A stretch of 62,693 nucleotides of DNA, counting the filler, from Globobulimina sp. (Eukaryota), in the NCBI GenBank assembly GCA_003354225.1. It is 24 parts of 24 records of this genome, joined end to end, with 100 filler letters (N's around TTAATTAATTAA, not from the genome) between each part and the next. Parts side by side here need not be neighbours in the genome. Positions count along the whole stretch, not along the records: positions 36,645 to 39,160 come from PIVH01006224.1; positions 39,261 to 41,776 come from PIVH01006225.1; positions 41,877 to 44,392 come from PIVH01006226.1; positions 44,493 to 47,007 come from PIVH01006227.1; positions 47,108 to 49,622 come from PIVH01006228.1; 19 more parts are not named here. One strand, written 5' to 3'. Position 1 is the stretch's first letter. Each line of letters opens with the position of its first letter. Both the position numbers and the translations under genes were made by a program. Shown here one piece after another: positions 36,645 to 48,654 of this stretch. The notes below the pieces were generated by a model. It ran no database searches. It was not told the origin of the DNA and saw only the letters and a list, made by a program, of their open reading frames with translations.

Positions 36645-37279
36645 AATTGCATGTAATTGGTGATAATGAACATTTTGTTTGGAATGATATCGAAAATGTA
36701 TTTGATGAAAGATTTGCAATCAACGATCAGATACACCCTGGAAACGCCGCTAAATGGTTTCATCTCAAATCCAGAAATACTGTCTTATGTTTGGAGTATG
36801 GTTATAATGATAATACTATTAATGTATATTTATGTGATATTAAACAAAGAAAATATAAATTAGTCAAAGTGATTGATAATGGAAAGACTTTATTAATGTC
36901 AGAGAGATGCTATGCTTTAAGTATTGATGAAAAAGTTGTTGTATTGGCAGGGAATGATATTGCAATTGGTAACAAGTGGAATATTTATATTTTAGATATA
37001 GAAACAATGCAATGTAAAAAAAGTAAAATTGTAAGTCCAGCTACATATAATTTTGTTTGTGTTTGCTTGAATGGCAATGTAATGGAATTGGAATGTTTGG
37101 TGTTTGGATATATTCGCAGTATTTGGAAATTAACAGAATTTTGTAAGAATAAATTTGTTCCAGATTCTGTGATTCGATTAATTGCTTTATTTGTTGTTCT
37201 TGAATATGTGCATATTGTTGAAATATGCACTGGAAATCACTGGGAAATTCGTTTGCAAACAATCTTGCAAAATTTGTAA
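36645..37279 (+). CDS. Beta-propeller/kelch-like protein C-terminus, 5'-partial
   Basis: Beta-rich repeats (VVVLAGN...IYILDIETM) and terminal LVFGYIR...VPDSVIRLI...HW motif. Confidence 0.55.
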
Positions 37280-37431
37280 TAGATTTTGATAAAGTTTGGT
37301 TGGTTCGTGTGTACTATGTATTATATGGAAAGTATGTTGAAAGAGTTTGATTTAGCTTCTGTCCATTTGAATTTCTAAAATTGACTCTGAATAAAAAGGT
37401 AAACGATTTTTGAAAATTGTGACATATAATC

Positions 37432-38427
37432 ATGGCAGCAAATAAAAAATGGATGCAACATTATGATATTTACGATCCAGACTTGGAGCAAATATTAAAA
37501 GATTTCAACATAAACACTGAAGAAGATTTAAAAACATTAAAGCAAAAAGATTGGAATTCTATATGGAACCAAGCATTTGTTGAGCGAGTCAAAGCAATCA
37601 AACAACAAAAAGCAAAACTAAGATTAGAAAAAAAAATGAAAAAATTGGAAAAATTATGGCGGAAAGCATCAGGACAAAAAATATCATCAATTACAGGGAA
37701 TACGAAAGATTCTTCGTTATCACAGTTAGATAATACATCGGCATCGACACAGCAAACAAAAGATGCATTGCATGAGGCGCCAGAATTAAAACAATGGTTA
37801 AAACAGAAAGGAATTTGGTTAAAAGATTTATTTGAAGTATTGGTGCAGCACAGTGTCAATTCTCCTGACGATTTCTTCTTAATTTTGGATGAGACATTGG
37901 ACGAAATCAAAAGAGAAGTTCGGGTGATACGAGCAAAGGAATTAAAATCAAATGATGCCAAAATGAGATTGGAAAATATATTAAAAAAATTCGAGGATGA
38001 ATGGAGAAAATGCGAAGGGAAAAAAAATAAAAAACAAGTATTTGATGAGGAAAAAGATGAACCACCGATGCCTTCACAAACAGTTATTTTCTGTTAAAAT
38101 TAATATGTCTGCGAAAATCCGTATAAATCCCAAATTATATAAAAGAGCAAAGAAGCGGCTCAAATTGAATTAGCTGAAAAAGGGAAACATTTAAAGGCAT
38201 GGATGAGAGCAGAGGGGATATGGCAAGTTGCTTTGTATGAGGAATTAATAAATATTGGATTTACAAATCCGGAAAGATTAAGTTCATTGAAACAAAAACA
38301 AATTAACGCGGTTTGTAATAAAGTCAGAGTTGACCGATTTTCTCAATTAAAAAGTCAAAGTGCGCGAGCCAATGCGGATAAAATATTGGTAAAATTTGAG
38401 AAATTGTATAAAAAACAAAAAAAATAA
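37432..38427 (+). CDS. Protein built of three SAM-like/helical repeats
   Basis: Three units W(M/L)...I(Y/W)...L...L...(I/V/F)....L followed by a charged helix. Intron 38083-38145 is in frame. Confidence 0.7.
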
Positions 38428-38987
38428 AATTGTAGTATATGTGCTGTATATTAAATAATTGTGTAAAGTCTTTGTAACCGAAACAAATCTCTTCCAAATA
38501 GGCCGTATTCGTGGCGCTTAGCTCGATTAATATCTTCATTGCGGAATATTTATATTTAAAATTGCATTTCTTATTATCATATTTTATAAATTCCACCAAT
38601 TTGCTGATGATTCCGTGTCGAATCAACGTTTCTGTCTCACTCATATTACTGCAAATTAATGAGGACAAATGAAGGAACTTTGTATTGATATTAGTTTCGC
38701 TCGAAATTAGACTCAAAATCTCCTGTTTATTGGCATAATTATTATTTATGAACGGATAAGTGAACGGATAAGTGCTGTCGCGAATTGATAGCAAATTGGC
38801 AGCAGCAACATTGCAGGTTTTTTAAATCAATGATATTCAAATAGTTTGAAATGGAATGCAACATTTCGTCCGGCAATGATTGGAAGGGATTCGTGCTCGA
38901 TATATCCAGTGTTGATTGCAATTGTGTTGGATATAAGCATTGATAATAATTATGAATTTCATTCAATTCCTGCATTAAAATATTCAA
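38428..38987 (-). pseudogene. F-box plus ARM-like repeat gene, frame-broken and truncated
   Basis: F-box FQSLPDEMLHSISNYLNIIDL in one frame; ARM-like LIRHGIISKLVEFI in another. Confidence 0.5.
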
Positions 38988-39260
38988 AGAATGGTGAAAG
39001 CATTAAAATATTATGAAAGCTTAAATAACACAAAAAATGAGAATGAGAACAGTAACGGACAGGCAATATTCAGTGCGTTTTTAGTGGAAATTTACAAACA
39101 TTATTTAGATGATATTTGTCATATTGTTGTAGGGCATGACGGCGACTTGGAAGTAATCAANNNNNNNNNNNNNNNNNNNNNNNNNNNNNNNNNNNNNNNN
39201 NNNNTTAATTAATTAANNNNNNNNNNNNNNNNNNNNNNNNNNNNNNNNNNNNNNNNNNNN

Positions 39261-39430
39261 GATTCGTTAACATTTGAATAACTTGATGCAAAACCAATAT
39301 CTGAATCGTCAGTGTAACTAAGGGTTAAGGATGCAAAACCACTAAATTGCACGTCAATGTCGTTTGCATAGGTTTTATTTGCAGCAAAGGTTGCCAATAT
39401 TGCTATGGCAATAGTACCTCGGAACAACAT
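39261..39430 (-). CDS. Bacterial outer-membrane porin-like protein N-terminus, 3'-partial
   Basis: Signal peptide then DVQFSGFASL, typical of gammaproteobacterial beta-barrel starts. Confidence 0.6.
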
Positions 39431-39740
39431 GTTAGCCCGTATTTTTATAATGTAGATAATAAAAAGATAGCACAATTTATTAAATTACCAACTTCGTTAA
39501 CATGTACTTTTTTAAATGCATAAGAATGATGCATTTAAGAAAATGACATTATTTAGGACTAGCATAAATTTTATTTTTTAATGCTAAATAACTTTATAAA
39601 ACGTAATTTATACCGGTAGTTAAGTACATAAAGATTAGTTAGCTGCATATATAAAAATCCGCAATAAGGCTATTTACAATATCTATTGTAACTCTCATAT
39701 TTACTTTGTCTCATTTGTTAGTGATTATAACGTTATATTG

Positions 39741-39771
39741 TTGCATTTAATTGTTGTTATAGTATAACATT
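39741..39771 (+). promoter_or_regulatory. Sigma70-like promoter overlapped by a Zur-box palindrome
   Basis: TTGCAT-16 nt-TATAAC. The palindrome TGTTATAgTATAACA (39755-39769) matches the gammaproteobacterial Zur core TGTTATAnTATAACA. Confidence 0.65.
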
Positions 39772-39797
39772 CGCCGAATTCTAATTTATGAAAGAGC

Positions 39798-40311
39798 TTG
39801 AATGTGACAACACACGTACCGGTTAACAACACATCTAATAATGATTCTAAAATTGCAAAACAATCAAACGCTCAAAAAAATGACAATAATAGTGCGACTC
39901 AGAAAGCTATTATTGAAGTGGACTCGCTTAGTTTTAGCATTAAAAATAACGCTATTTTAAAAAACTTAAACTTTACTGTGGGCTCAGGCGAAGTTTATGC
40001 GCTACTTGGCGGTAACGGTGCGGGTAAATCAACCACCTTAAAAACGTTACTGGGTTTTAATAAACCAACGCAAGGCTCAGTAAAAGTAGCGGGTAAAGAG
40101 GTGAGCAAAGCACTTGACTTTGTTCGTACTAAAACGGCGTACTTACCTGAGTCTGCAACGTTATACCCGCATTTAACAGCACGCGAAAACGTAGAGTATT
40201 TTTTATCACTTGCTGATATTAATAAAACAGACGAGCAGATTAATGCCGCGTTTAATCGTGTTGCTTTGCAAGAAGGGGCGTGGGAGCGCCCTATGCAAAC
40301 ATATTCTAAAG
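39798..40311 (+). CDS. Bacterial ABC transporter ATP-binding protein, truncated at the signature motif
   Basis: Walker A GGNGAGKST, AYLPE, LTARENV. It ends at TYSK where GMRQK-like residues would follow. No introns. Confidence 0.88.
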
Positions 40312-40442
40312 AATCGCCTCCGCAACGGAAGCGATGTTGTTTTATATTTGTGTCAGTGGAGGCAGAACTTAATTTTTTCCCTCAGTTTTTCATAGTTTAC
40401 ATATTATTTATATTATGTTTATGCGTTTTGGTGACCATAAAG

Positions 40443-41776
40443 ATGAATAATGACACTTGGGATCATATACTAGACTGGATTGTGATTTATGGTGTTTTGA
40501 TTATATGCTGCATTGAGTCATTTTTCTCATATTATCAATATGTAATAATCATGAATTCAGAGACAAATAAGCTCTCAACTATCAAACGCTACTTTTTCAT
40601 TGCATATATTGTCCTATTTTCATTAGTTTTTGTGATGCAAATTCATTTCGTATATTGGTTATGGCCAATATTGATTGTATCCCATTTAGCATTTAACATA
40701 TTTTGCACATTGACATTTTCAGCACATTTAATTGCACAATATTCCAATTTCAATTACAGCATTTTATCATCCATATATTTACTGAGATTGATCTTAATTT
40801 TTGCTGCTATTTTACAATGTATTTACTTGACAATCTTCCTCAACGTCGACAACATTGATTCAGTGTATTATCATTTGCCATCGTTTTGGTGCCTCTCCTC
40901 TTTATTATTTACCATCAACTTCATAAAAAATAGATATTTCTTAAAACGTAATTTATTCAAAATCTATCAATTCTGCAAACATAACAAAGTCACCAAATAT
41001 ATTCAAGCACGGAACAGTCAGAAAATATTAGACCAACAAGAATTTATTAACTATCATCATAAACAATATCAACTCGGTGTTGATGCCCAACATCGGATGG
41101 AAACAGCCATACAAAATGACAAAACACATCAAACACAACAAAAAGCAGAATATGCACAGCAAAATACTCAAGTTAGGTTTACGGATTTAATTAAATTATA
41201 AATAGTGTTTCCATTATGTTCAATTTTGAATTGTGCGCAATTTAACTGACCGTAATATTATGTACATTTATGTGTATAGAGAAAAAAAGTGGTCAGTTAA
41301 ATTGAAAACGCTTCAAAATTAACATATGTCAAACCATCGAAATTGAAATTGCAAAAAAAGGTGGTTCAACAGCAAAATGAAGAACATTTTGCAATTGCTC
41401 AAACTGCAGAAATCGTCATCGATGAAAAAGAAGAGAATATTATTCCAATTCCAATATCGCCGGAGTTTCAACGTTCAAACACAACGAGTTATAATGCTTA
41501 TTATGCTCAGGACAAGGAAATACATCGACATTCTGTAGTATATACACCGAAACATAAAGGAAAAGCTATGGATTTGTTGGGGTTAACAACATATAGCTCA
41601 AGCTCTACTTCTTCGCGACTGTTAAGGTTGAATCTAGCAAAATTACCATTGAAGGCATCCAAATCAGCCACCTATATTACGATGAACGAGGAGGAGAAGC
41701 TTGACATAGCAGATAGTAATCGAGTTCACCTCGACCATATTACATCGGTGAGATCAAGAATGTGGATGATATCCCG
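40443..41776 (+). CDS. Eukaryotic multi-pass membrane protein (GPCR-like topology), 3'-partial
   Basis: ATG at 40443, 5-6 hydrophobic helices, then a polar tail continuing after a probable intron into ORF 41343. Confidence 0.55.
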
Positions 41777-42112
41777 NNNNNNNNNNNNNNNNNNNNNNNN
41801 NNNNNNNNNNNNNNNNNNNNTTAATTAATTAANNNNNNNNNNNNNNNNNNNNNNNNNNNNNNNNNNNNNNNNNNNNAAACTTTTAACAAATCTTCGCATT
41901 TAATTTATTCGACAGAATGAGCGCACGTGTAGATCCTGAGAAAAATAATAATCAAATGGTTCATGTTCATATGGATGATACAGGAAATCCAATAATCCCA
42001 CCACAACAACAGGTGATTAATCATGAAAAAAGGGTGAAAGCGATACAACAACAAAATGTATCATCCACTGCTTACGGCAGAGATTGGCAAAGTCAACAAT
42101 GTGAATACTTGA

Positions 42113-42312
42113 TCCATTCTTGATATTCTTGATACATTCTTGACATTCTTGTGGCATTCTTGACATTCTTGTAACATTCTTGCCACATTCTTGATATTCT
42201 TTATATTTTTGATATTCTTGATATTCTTGGTATAGCTTTCTTGACATTCTTGACATTCTTGTTACTTTCTTGACTTTCTTGATATTTTTGAAAGATTCTT
42301 GACTTTCTTGAT
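42113..42312. repeat. 9-bp minisatellite (TTCTTGA(C/T)A)n
   Basis: About 20 degenerate tandem copies. Confidence 0.9.
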
Positions 42313-42384
42313 TGAAACATTTTAAATGATTTTCAAGCTAAGTAAGTCAAGAATCTTTACATTTTTAAAGCTTTACATTTTTAA

Positions 42385-43130
42385 ATGTCAAACAGACGAA
42401 AAAGGAAAGTACGTGGTGGTGTATTACCCAGATATCACATGTTGGGATTGAATGGTGATTTACAACAATATACAATCAAAGATTTAAAGTATGTATTCAC
42501 TTTATGCTATATTGTATGTTCTAAACTTTTATGTGTTAACATAGGTCGTTGCTTCGCCAACATAGCACCGATCCAAAGCAGAAAATATCTCAAGCAAAGC
42601 CAGCATTGGTCTCGGTATTACGTGGTATTTTAGATCAAAAATTGAAGAAAGCAAAAAAAATAAGAAGCGATCGATTAAAGACATTAAATGGTATGGATGG
42701 AGGTGCATTATTAGGTATTTGTGCGTCTGTTACGCATAGCAGATTTTCAGCACGTGCACGTGAGTGGGTTGCCGATGAAAAGTATCATCAAAAACCATCA
42801 TTAAATGCGTTCGAAATCCAAATAATAACGATTTGGTAGCTGTCGGTGATTTTTTATATGAAGAATATGCAACATTGGAATCATTTATTAGCGGCGTTGA
42901 GGATGGTTCTGTTGTGTTAGATGACAGACTCAATAGTATGCCACCAAGTCCTCAGCGTCAGCCACAACAACAACAACAGCCTCCGCTTCCTCAACAGTCA
43001 GAGCCACAGTCGGCGCCACAGTCAGCGCCACAGTCAGAGCCACAGTCACAACCACCTCTTATTGGCCAAAATCCCGCTCAACAGCAACAACAACAGCGTT
43101 CGCAAAATGCGTTTCCAACAATCACCCAAA
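42385..43130 (+). CDS. SAP-like domain protein with P/Q-rich region
   Basis: Intron 42489-42544 gives LQQYTIKDLKSLLRQH...ISQAKPALVSVL. Downstream structure is uncertain. Confidence 0.45.
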
Positions 43131-43142
43131 CGCATATCATAT

Positions 43143-44251
43143 ATGTCACGCGATCAGGCCAAGCAAAACCAATCCTTTTCAGTTCAGCCAGAACCATCCA
43201 TCAAGACCTTCGCAACCAATATCAACCACAACATCGATGCCAGCATCTACCAAATCAACCATCGCAAAAAGCACAAAACTAAGACCAACACCAACACCAA
43301 TCCATCCCCAAGCAATGCCTCCGCCGCCACCGCAGACACCAAACCATTACACATTTCACACCAACACAAAATATCAAACCAAGAGCCAATTACACAATTT
43401 CACGAACTAAACAGTCTCAAAAAAGAGACGAATAAAATCAACCAAATAAATAAAATCAATCCCCTCAACAACATAAACAAAAGCAATCCCAAAATATCTG
43501 ACTTTCCTTCGCATCAAAGCCATATCACCGCATTGACCGACATCACTACGCTGACCGACATCGCTCGCCATGCGCCCTCATTGTCCACGGAACTGAAGTC
43601 CTTCCAACACGGCCAACAATTGAATAACATCAACGTGAACCCAGTGAAAGGCAGCAAAACTATGCCCAAATCGTCCTTAGCTTTAATGAATTGCGGCATC
43701 ACCGACGCGAATGGCAATCTATGTACGTTCTTATATGTTTATACGTTTCTATCCTTGCACGCAAACTCGCTCACAATATACCCAAACACGTACACAGCCA
43801 AACAGAGCATACTATTAATAAACAGCAACGCCGACAAGAACATCTCTATGAAGTTAGACATCAACGAAGAAGAAGAGCTCAGCAACGAACTGCAACGCGG
43901 CCAGTCGTCCACCTCCATCGCCTCGGACATATCCGGCTATTCTGGAATGAGCTCCATCTCTTCCTATCAAAACAAATACAGATCGTACCAATCGCGCCGC
44001 AGCCGCAGCAACAACAACCGGTTTAGCTACGCCTCCTTTGCCAGCACGGACTTACAATCGCCAGTACCAAAAAGCATCCGCGCGCCGAGCACCTTTAACA
44101 ACACCAACATCCCTCACCCCACCATCTCCAAAATACAAGTGCAGAACCGCGAGAATTTAGATACCATCAAATCGCCCAAAAGCAAGGTGATTGCCGCGAT
44201 TACGCCCATTGCCTATTCATCCACGGACAAAGACACCGGGAAACAGAAAAG
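43143..44251 (+). CDS. Low-complexity S/N/K-rich hypothetical protein fragment
   Basis: Long open frame with C-rich codon style, ending at a GT donor near 44252. Confidence 0.4.
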
Positions 44252-44492
44252 GTATGTGTCTGTCTGCTCTTTTGTGTGGTGTGTGGTGTATGTTCTGTCT
44301 GCTCTTTTGTCTGTCGTGTGGGGTGTGTTCTGTGCGTCATAAAGTGATTACACATATGTTCGAGTCAATCAATCAGAAAAAAATTATTTTTANNNNNNNN
44401 NNNNNNNNNNNNNNNNNNNNNNNNNNNNNNNNNNNNTTAATTAATTAANNNNNNNNNNNNNNNNNNNNNNNNNNNNNNNNNNNNNNNNNNNN

Positions 44493-47007
44493 GCCGGAGT
44501 CACTTTTTCAATTATTCCCAATTGTTCTTGTTCTTGAATAATATCGTCATATTTCTCCAGAATTTGGGGGTTGGGTAATAGTTGATTTTTGGCATTCGAT
44601 TTGAAGCGACTTAGTGCGAGACCCTAATTCTCAGGTAACTCAGGTTCTTTTTCCTTCCACTCCCCTTTTACCAGATATAGATTGTTTTCAATTTTGACCG
44701 TTTCATAAAAATTATCTAAAGCGATTTTATCATCCGGAAGTTTTGGGGGGTCGGTTATACCGATATTTTCGAGTTCCCAAAAAGTTTCGGTATCAGGTAT
44801 GACCGGAAGTGAAAGTTCCGGTGCAGTCAAATAACTGTTTGGTAACGGCGAAGTGTTACCATAAGTAACGCAAAAAAAATTTGTTTCGAACCCCTTATAA
44901 TTTTGGTCAGTTTCCATCTCACCTGAAAGATACCAGCCAAATGTTGATTTCTGTAAAAATAAGTTTTCAGTTAATGTGATTTGTTCTAAAAGTAGAAATT
45001 TCAAGTAATAATTATTTCCTAATAGAAAATCAATATCTACATGTTCTATAGCCTCTGGACATGGGTCTGCTAAAGTATTTCGTTCAACAGGTATAGGTAC
45101 CGTAAGTGGTATTCGTGTCATTTTACATGTTGAGATATTAGGTACAATATAAACTTTAATTGGCACTTTTGGGCCGTTTTTAGGAAAGACTATCATTTTC
45201 GCAGTAGAACAAGTGATATCTTGAGTTTTATTTGACGCAAAGGAAATGACTGAAATATTTATAGTACCAGTCCGTTTTAAATTAATTTGTTTTGCTAATT
45301 TTTCGGACACAAAGGTATGGGACGAAGCCGTATCCGCGAAAAGTCGAGTAGTAGTACATGCAGTTTCGTTTTCATTAGCAACCATAGTAAGTGCAGTCTG
45401 CATGTGTACGTAAGTTTGTTCTGTGGCTATTAGACTGGTGTCTACTGAATTGTCAAATGTCATGGTACCCATCTCACCAGTTTTAGCGCCATCAGTTTTA
45501 GGTGTACCCCCCAGTGGGGGTTTTGATGGATTTTCGCCAAATTTGTCACGACACAAACTGCTGTGATGGTTACCACGTTTTTTACAGTAATAGCATTGTC
45601 CGGGTGAGCGACAATCTCTCACCATATGATCGGGACTCAAACATAAATAACAGTTACCTTTTATCTTTTCTTTCCTGGATGCTACAGTTGTGTATGTAGG
45701 ACATTCGTCACAATAGTGCAATTTGTCACAAAAAATGCAATTTCTCTTTGGTTGACCAGGTTTATATTGAGATGCCATTAATGAACTACCAGTATATGGT
45801 CTGGAAGTTGGGAAACTGCGCGAACGAGGATTAAAATCGTAAGAATTTGATTTTCGAAAATTTGGAGAATAATATCCACGATTTTGAGGTTTAGGTGGAT
45901 AACGATTTTGTGAATCAAAGCGATTTTGTGAATCATAACCATAACTAGAAGCAATCGTGCTTTTTTGTGGAGTAATTGGAGCTATTGATTCACGCGCACG
46001 AATTTCTCTACCCAAAAGTTTTCGTAGTTTTTCAAGTGTCCAATTTTCGTCGTCATCAATTTGTCTATTTAATTGGTACATAATGTCGTCCGGTAATTTT
46101 GTTTTAACTAACGATACTAATTGTCGCTGAATATTAACATCTTCACCAATAGCTTCCAAACTGCGAAAATGTTTTTCCATACTATCATAAAGTATACGTA
46201 ATTTAGTAATTTGATTTGGCGAACTTGGTAAATCAGTTAGACTAATATAATGTGCATCAATAATTTTTTGAGGGTTACCAAAACGATCTTGTAAATTTTC
46301 TAAAGCAATTTTATAATTATCATTGGAAATTGGTATACCAGAAATTGCTTCTAAAGCAGCACCTTTCAATTTTGCCCGTAAATGAGTAAATTTTTCAACG
46401 CCTGACAAATTTGGATTTTTATCGATAGCAGCTTCGAAACTATCATAAAATTCTCGCCATTTTAGTATATTACCTTCATATTTTTCGATGTCAATTTTTG
46501 ATAAACGAAATGAACTAACTGCAGGTGTAGTTGGCGGAACTACTGGGGGTGGTCCGATATTTGCATGTACCGGAAGTGCCGCAACATGTGGCCGTTCGTC
46601 AATTTGTCGCTGTAATTCATTGCCATGTCGCCTTAAATCGTCGTTATCGCGAGCAAGTCTATTTTGAGTTTCTAATTCGGCGATTTTGTCTTTTTTGTGC
46701 TCCGAAAGTTGTTTTTCAATGGTCGAAAAACGCGCAATTAAATTATTTGCTTTAGCCCAAGATGGAGCTTCCTCATCTTGAAATGTATCAAATTGTGCAA
46801 CTTTTGCTGCATCTCCTTCGATAGCATTAGAATACTCAGCCGTTGCTAACTCAAGTTTATTAAATTGTGTAGTAAGTGAATGTAGCTTAGTACCGACGTT
46901 TAATAAATGTTCCTGAGTGGTCGGTGAATCGTACAAATGAATGTCTCTTTGAATAGCTAAAAGAGCATCATTTTCGTGATGATTTATTTCTGTTTGTAAC
47001 GTTTTTA
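44493..47007 (-). mobile_element. BEL/Pao LTR retrotransposon gag-pol fragment
   Basis: DUF1759-like gag (YEGNILKWREFYDSF...EKFTHLRAKLKG), CIFC/CYLC/CYYC knuckles, protease FADTASSHTF, FWELENIGI. Past one in-frame TAG (44624) the frame continues YDDIIQEQEQLGIIEKV. Confidence 0.92.
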
Positions 47008-47124
47008 NNNNNNNNNNNNNNNNNNNNNNNNNNNNNNNNNNNNNNNNNNNNTTAATTAATTAANNNNNNNNNNNNNNNNNNNNNNNNNNNNNNNNNNNNN
47101 NNNNNNNTGCATAATATCTCCAAT

Positions 47125-48153
47125 TTAGTTGTATAATTCAATGCCCTTTTCTATTCTGTCAAAACCAGTTAAAACACCCAAATTATTTCCTTCTGCGACC
47201 ACTTGATTCCTGTTGTTCCCATCCTGCAGTTCCTGCTTATTTGGAATTTCATGTTGCTGTTCATCATCAATTTCCTTTTGTGTAGCAATCAGAATCCTTC
47301 TTAAATATAATAACGCCACAACTAATGCCATTATCACGACACACAGAGTCAATATAATTACAACAATGGCAATGATATATGCTGACTCATTACCACTGTC
47401 TGCTATCTCTATATATATATAATATGTGGCATAAATTAACGACGCATCAAACAATTTGGTTTACGCAACGTCTTTTTTTTTGATGAGGTCATTAATTTAT
47501 ACCGGGACTGTTTGTAATTGAAATGGTATCATTGAAAGCGTCAATAACATCAATATTTATCACGTCAAATTCGTTATTTTCTAAGGTTGTTTGCATGTTA
47601 TTTATAAATGCTTCCTTGAACTGATCCGAATTTATTTGCTGCATTATGTACAGTTTATATTTATTGAGTGCAGTGTCCACCTCAATACCAAATGTACCAA
47701 TTGCTACATAATCAGAATCTATGCTTGCGTCTATTTCAGAATATAAACAATGGCGTACCACAATGCCATCGAATATGCTGCAGATTTGAAAATTATCAAT
47801 TCCAGATCTTGACCATTCTGCATACGGATTAACTTGACCAGCAGCATAATCTGATGAGTAATACGTGGTTTGCTCAATTGTTGTGACTGCTTCATCCACC
47901 ATCAAATCAGCATAATCAGATAATGTCATTTGGATGGCATAGGTTTCTGGCTTATTGTCATTATAATAACAAATAAATCTCAAGCCGTTGTATCTTGAAG
48001 TTGGAGCATTGGTTGGTTGATGACTTGGTTCACCTGCTTTGGATTTAAAAATATAGGTTCGAATTCATTTCAAATATTATATCAACTAAACTTGTTGTAT
48101 TCTCTGCATTGATTGCTGATAATATGGCACCAGCTACTATTGCTACAATGTTC
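47125..48153 (-). CDS. Single-pass membrane protein, multi-exon
   Basis: ORFs 47492-47983 and 47125-47454 on the same strand with a C-terminal TM helix; upstream signal-like exon near 48150. Confidence 0.5.
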
Positions 48154-48654
48154 ATTTTTATAAAAACTTTGAGTAACACCACTTACACCAGTGGTCGATA
48201 TTTGCATTAAAAGCAAATCTAAGAGGAACAAATGTTCTTTAACAGGGTCGATGTGCAAGGTGCAGTGTGATAACTAAATATTGATATTAGTTATCTTACA
48301 AAAAAACCAATTATAATTAATTACGTACGCATTGCTATAAAGCTAATTTATTGTAATTTTTCTAAATTGTAATATTGTAATATTGTAAAGCTAGCTCCTT
48401 TCCCTTTAGTTTTCATAATGATCATGATAGTATTTATGGTTTTTGCTTTCTTGATTGGTTTCATGGGACAAAAAATAACAAAACAAAGCAAAGCAAACCA
48501 AAACACATACATATATATATAAACAAAAGCAAAAATGCACCAATATGCAATGTTTATCCACTGGGGGAAGCTTAGAGAGATACCATATTTTCCGAAATGC
48601 AACTTTATTCGATTATGTTTTTTTGCAAACCCACTGCAAATTTTATATTGTAAT

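Noticed and set aside
39798-41201. 467-aa ABC ATPase-membrane fusion protein
   Set aside because: The ATPase lacks a complete signature, Walker B and H-loop, and sequence style changes abruptly at 40311. These are two unrelated sequences joined in frame.
44624-44626. Alternative genetic code or stop-codon reassignment
   Set aside because: Conserved genes end normally at TAA, TAG or TGA, and long ORFs lack internal stops. Isolated in-frame stops here and at 55039 fit mutation or unrecognised introns.
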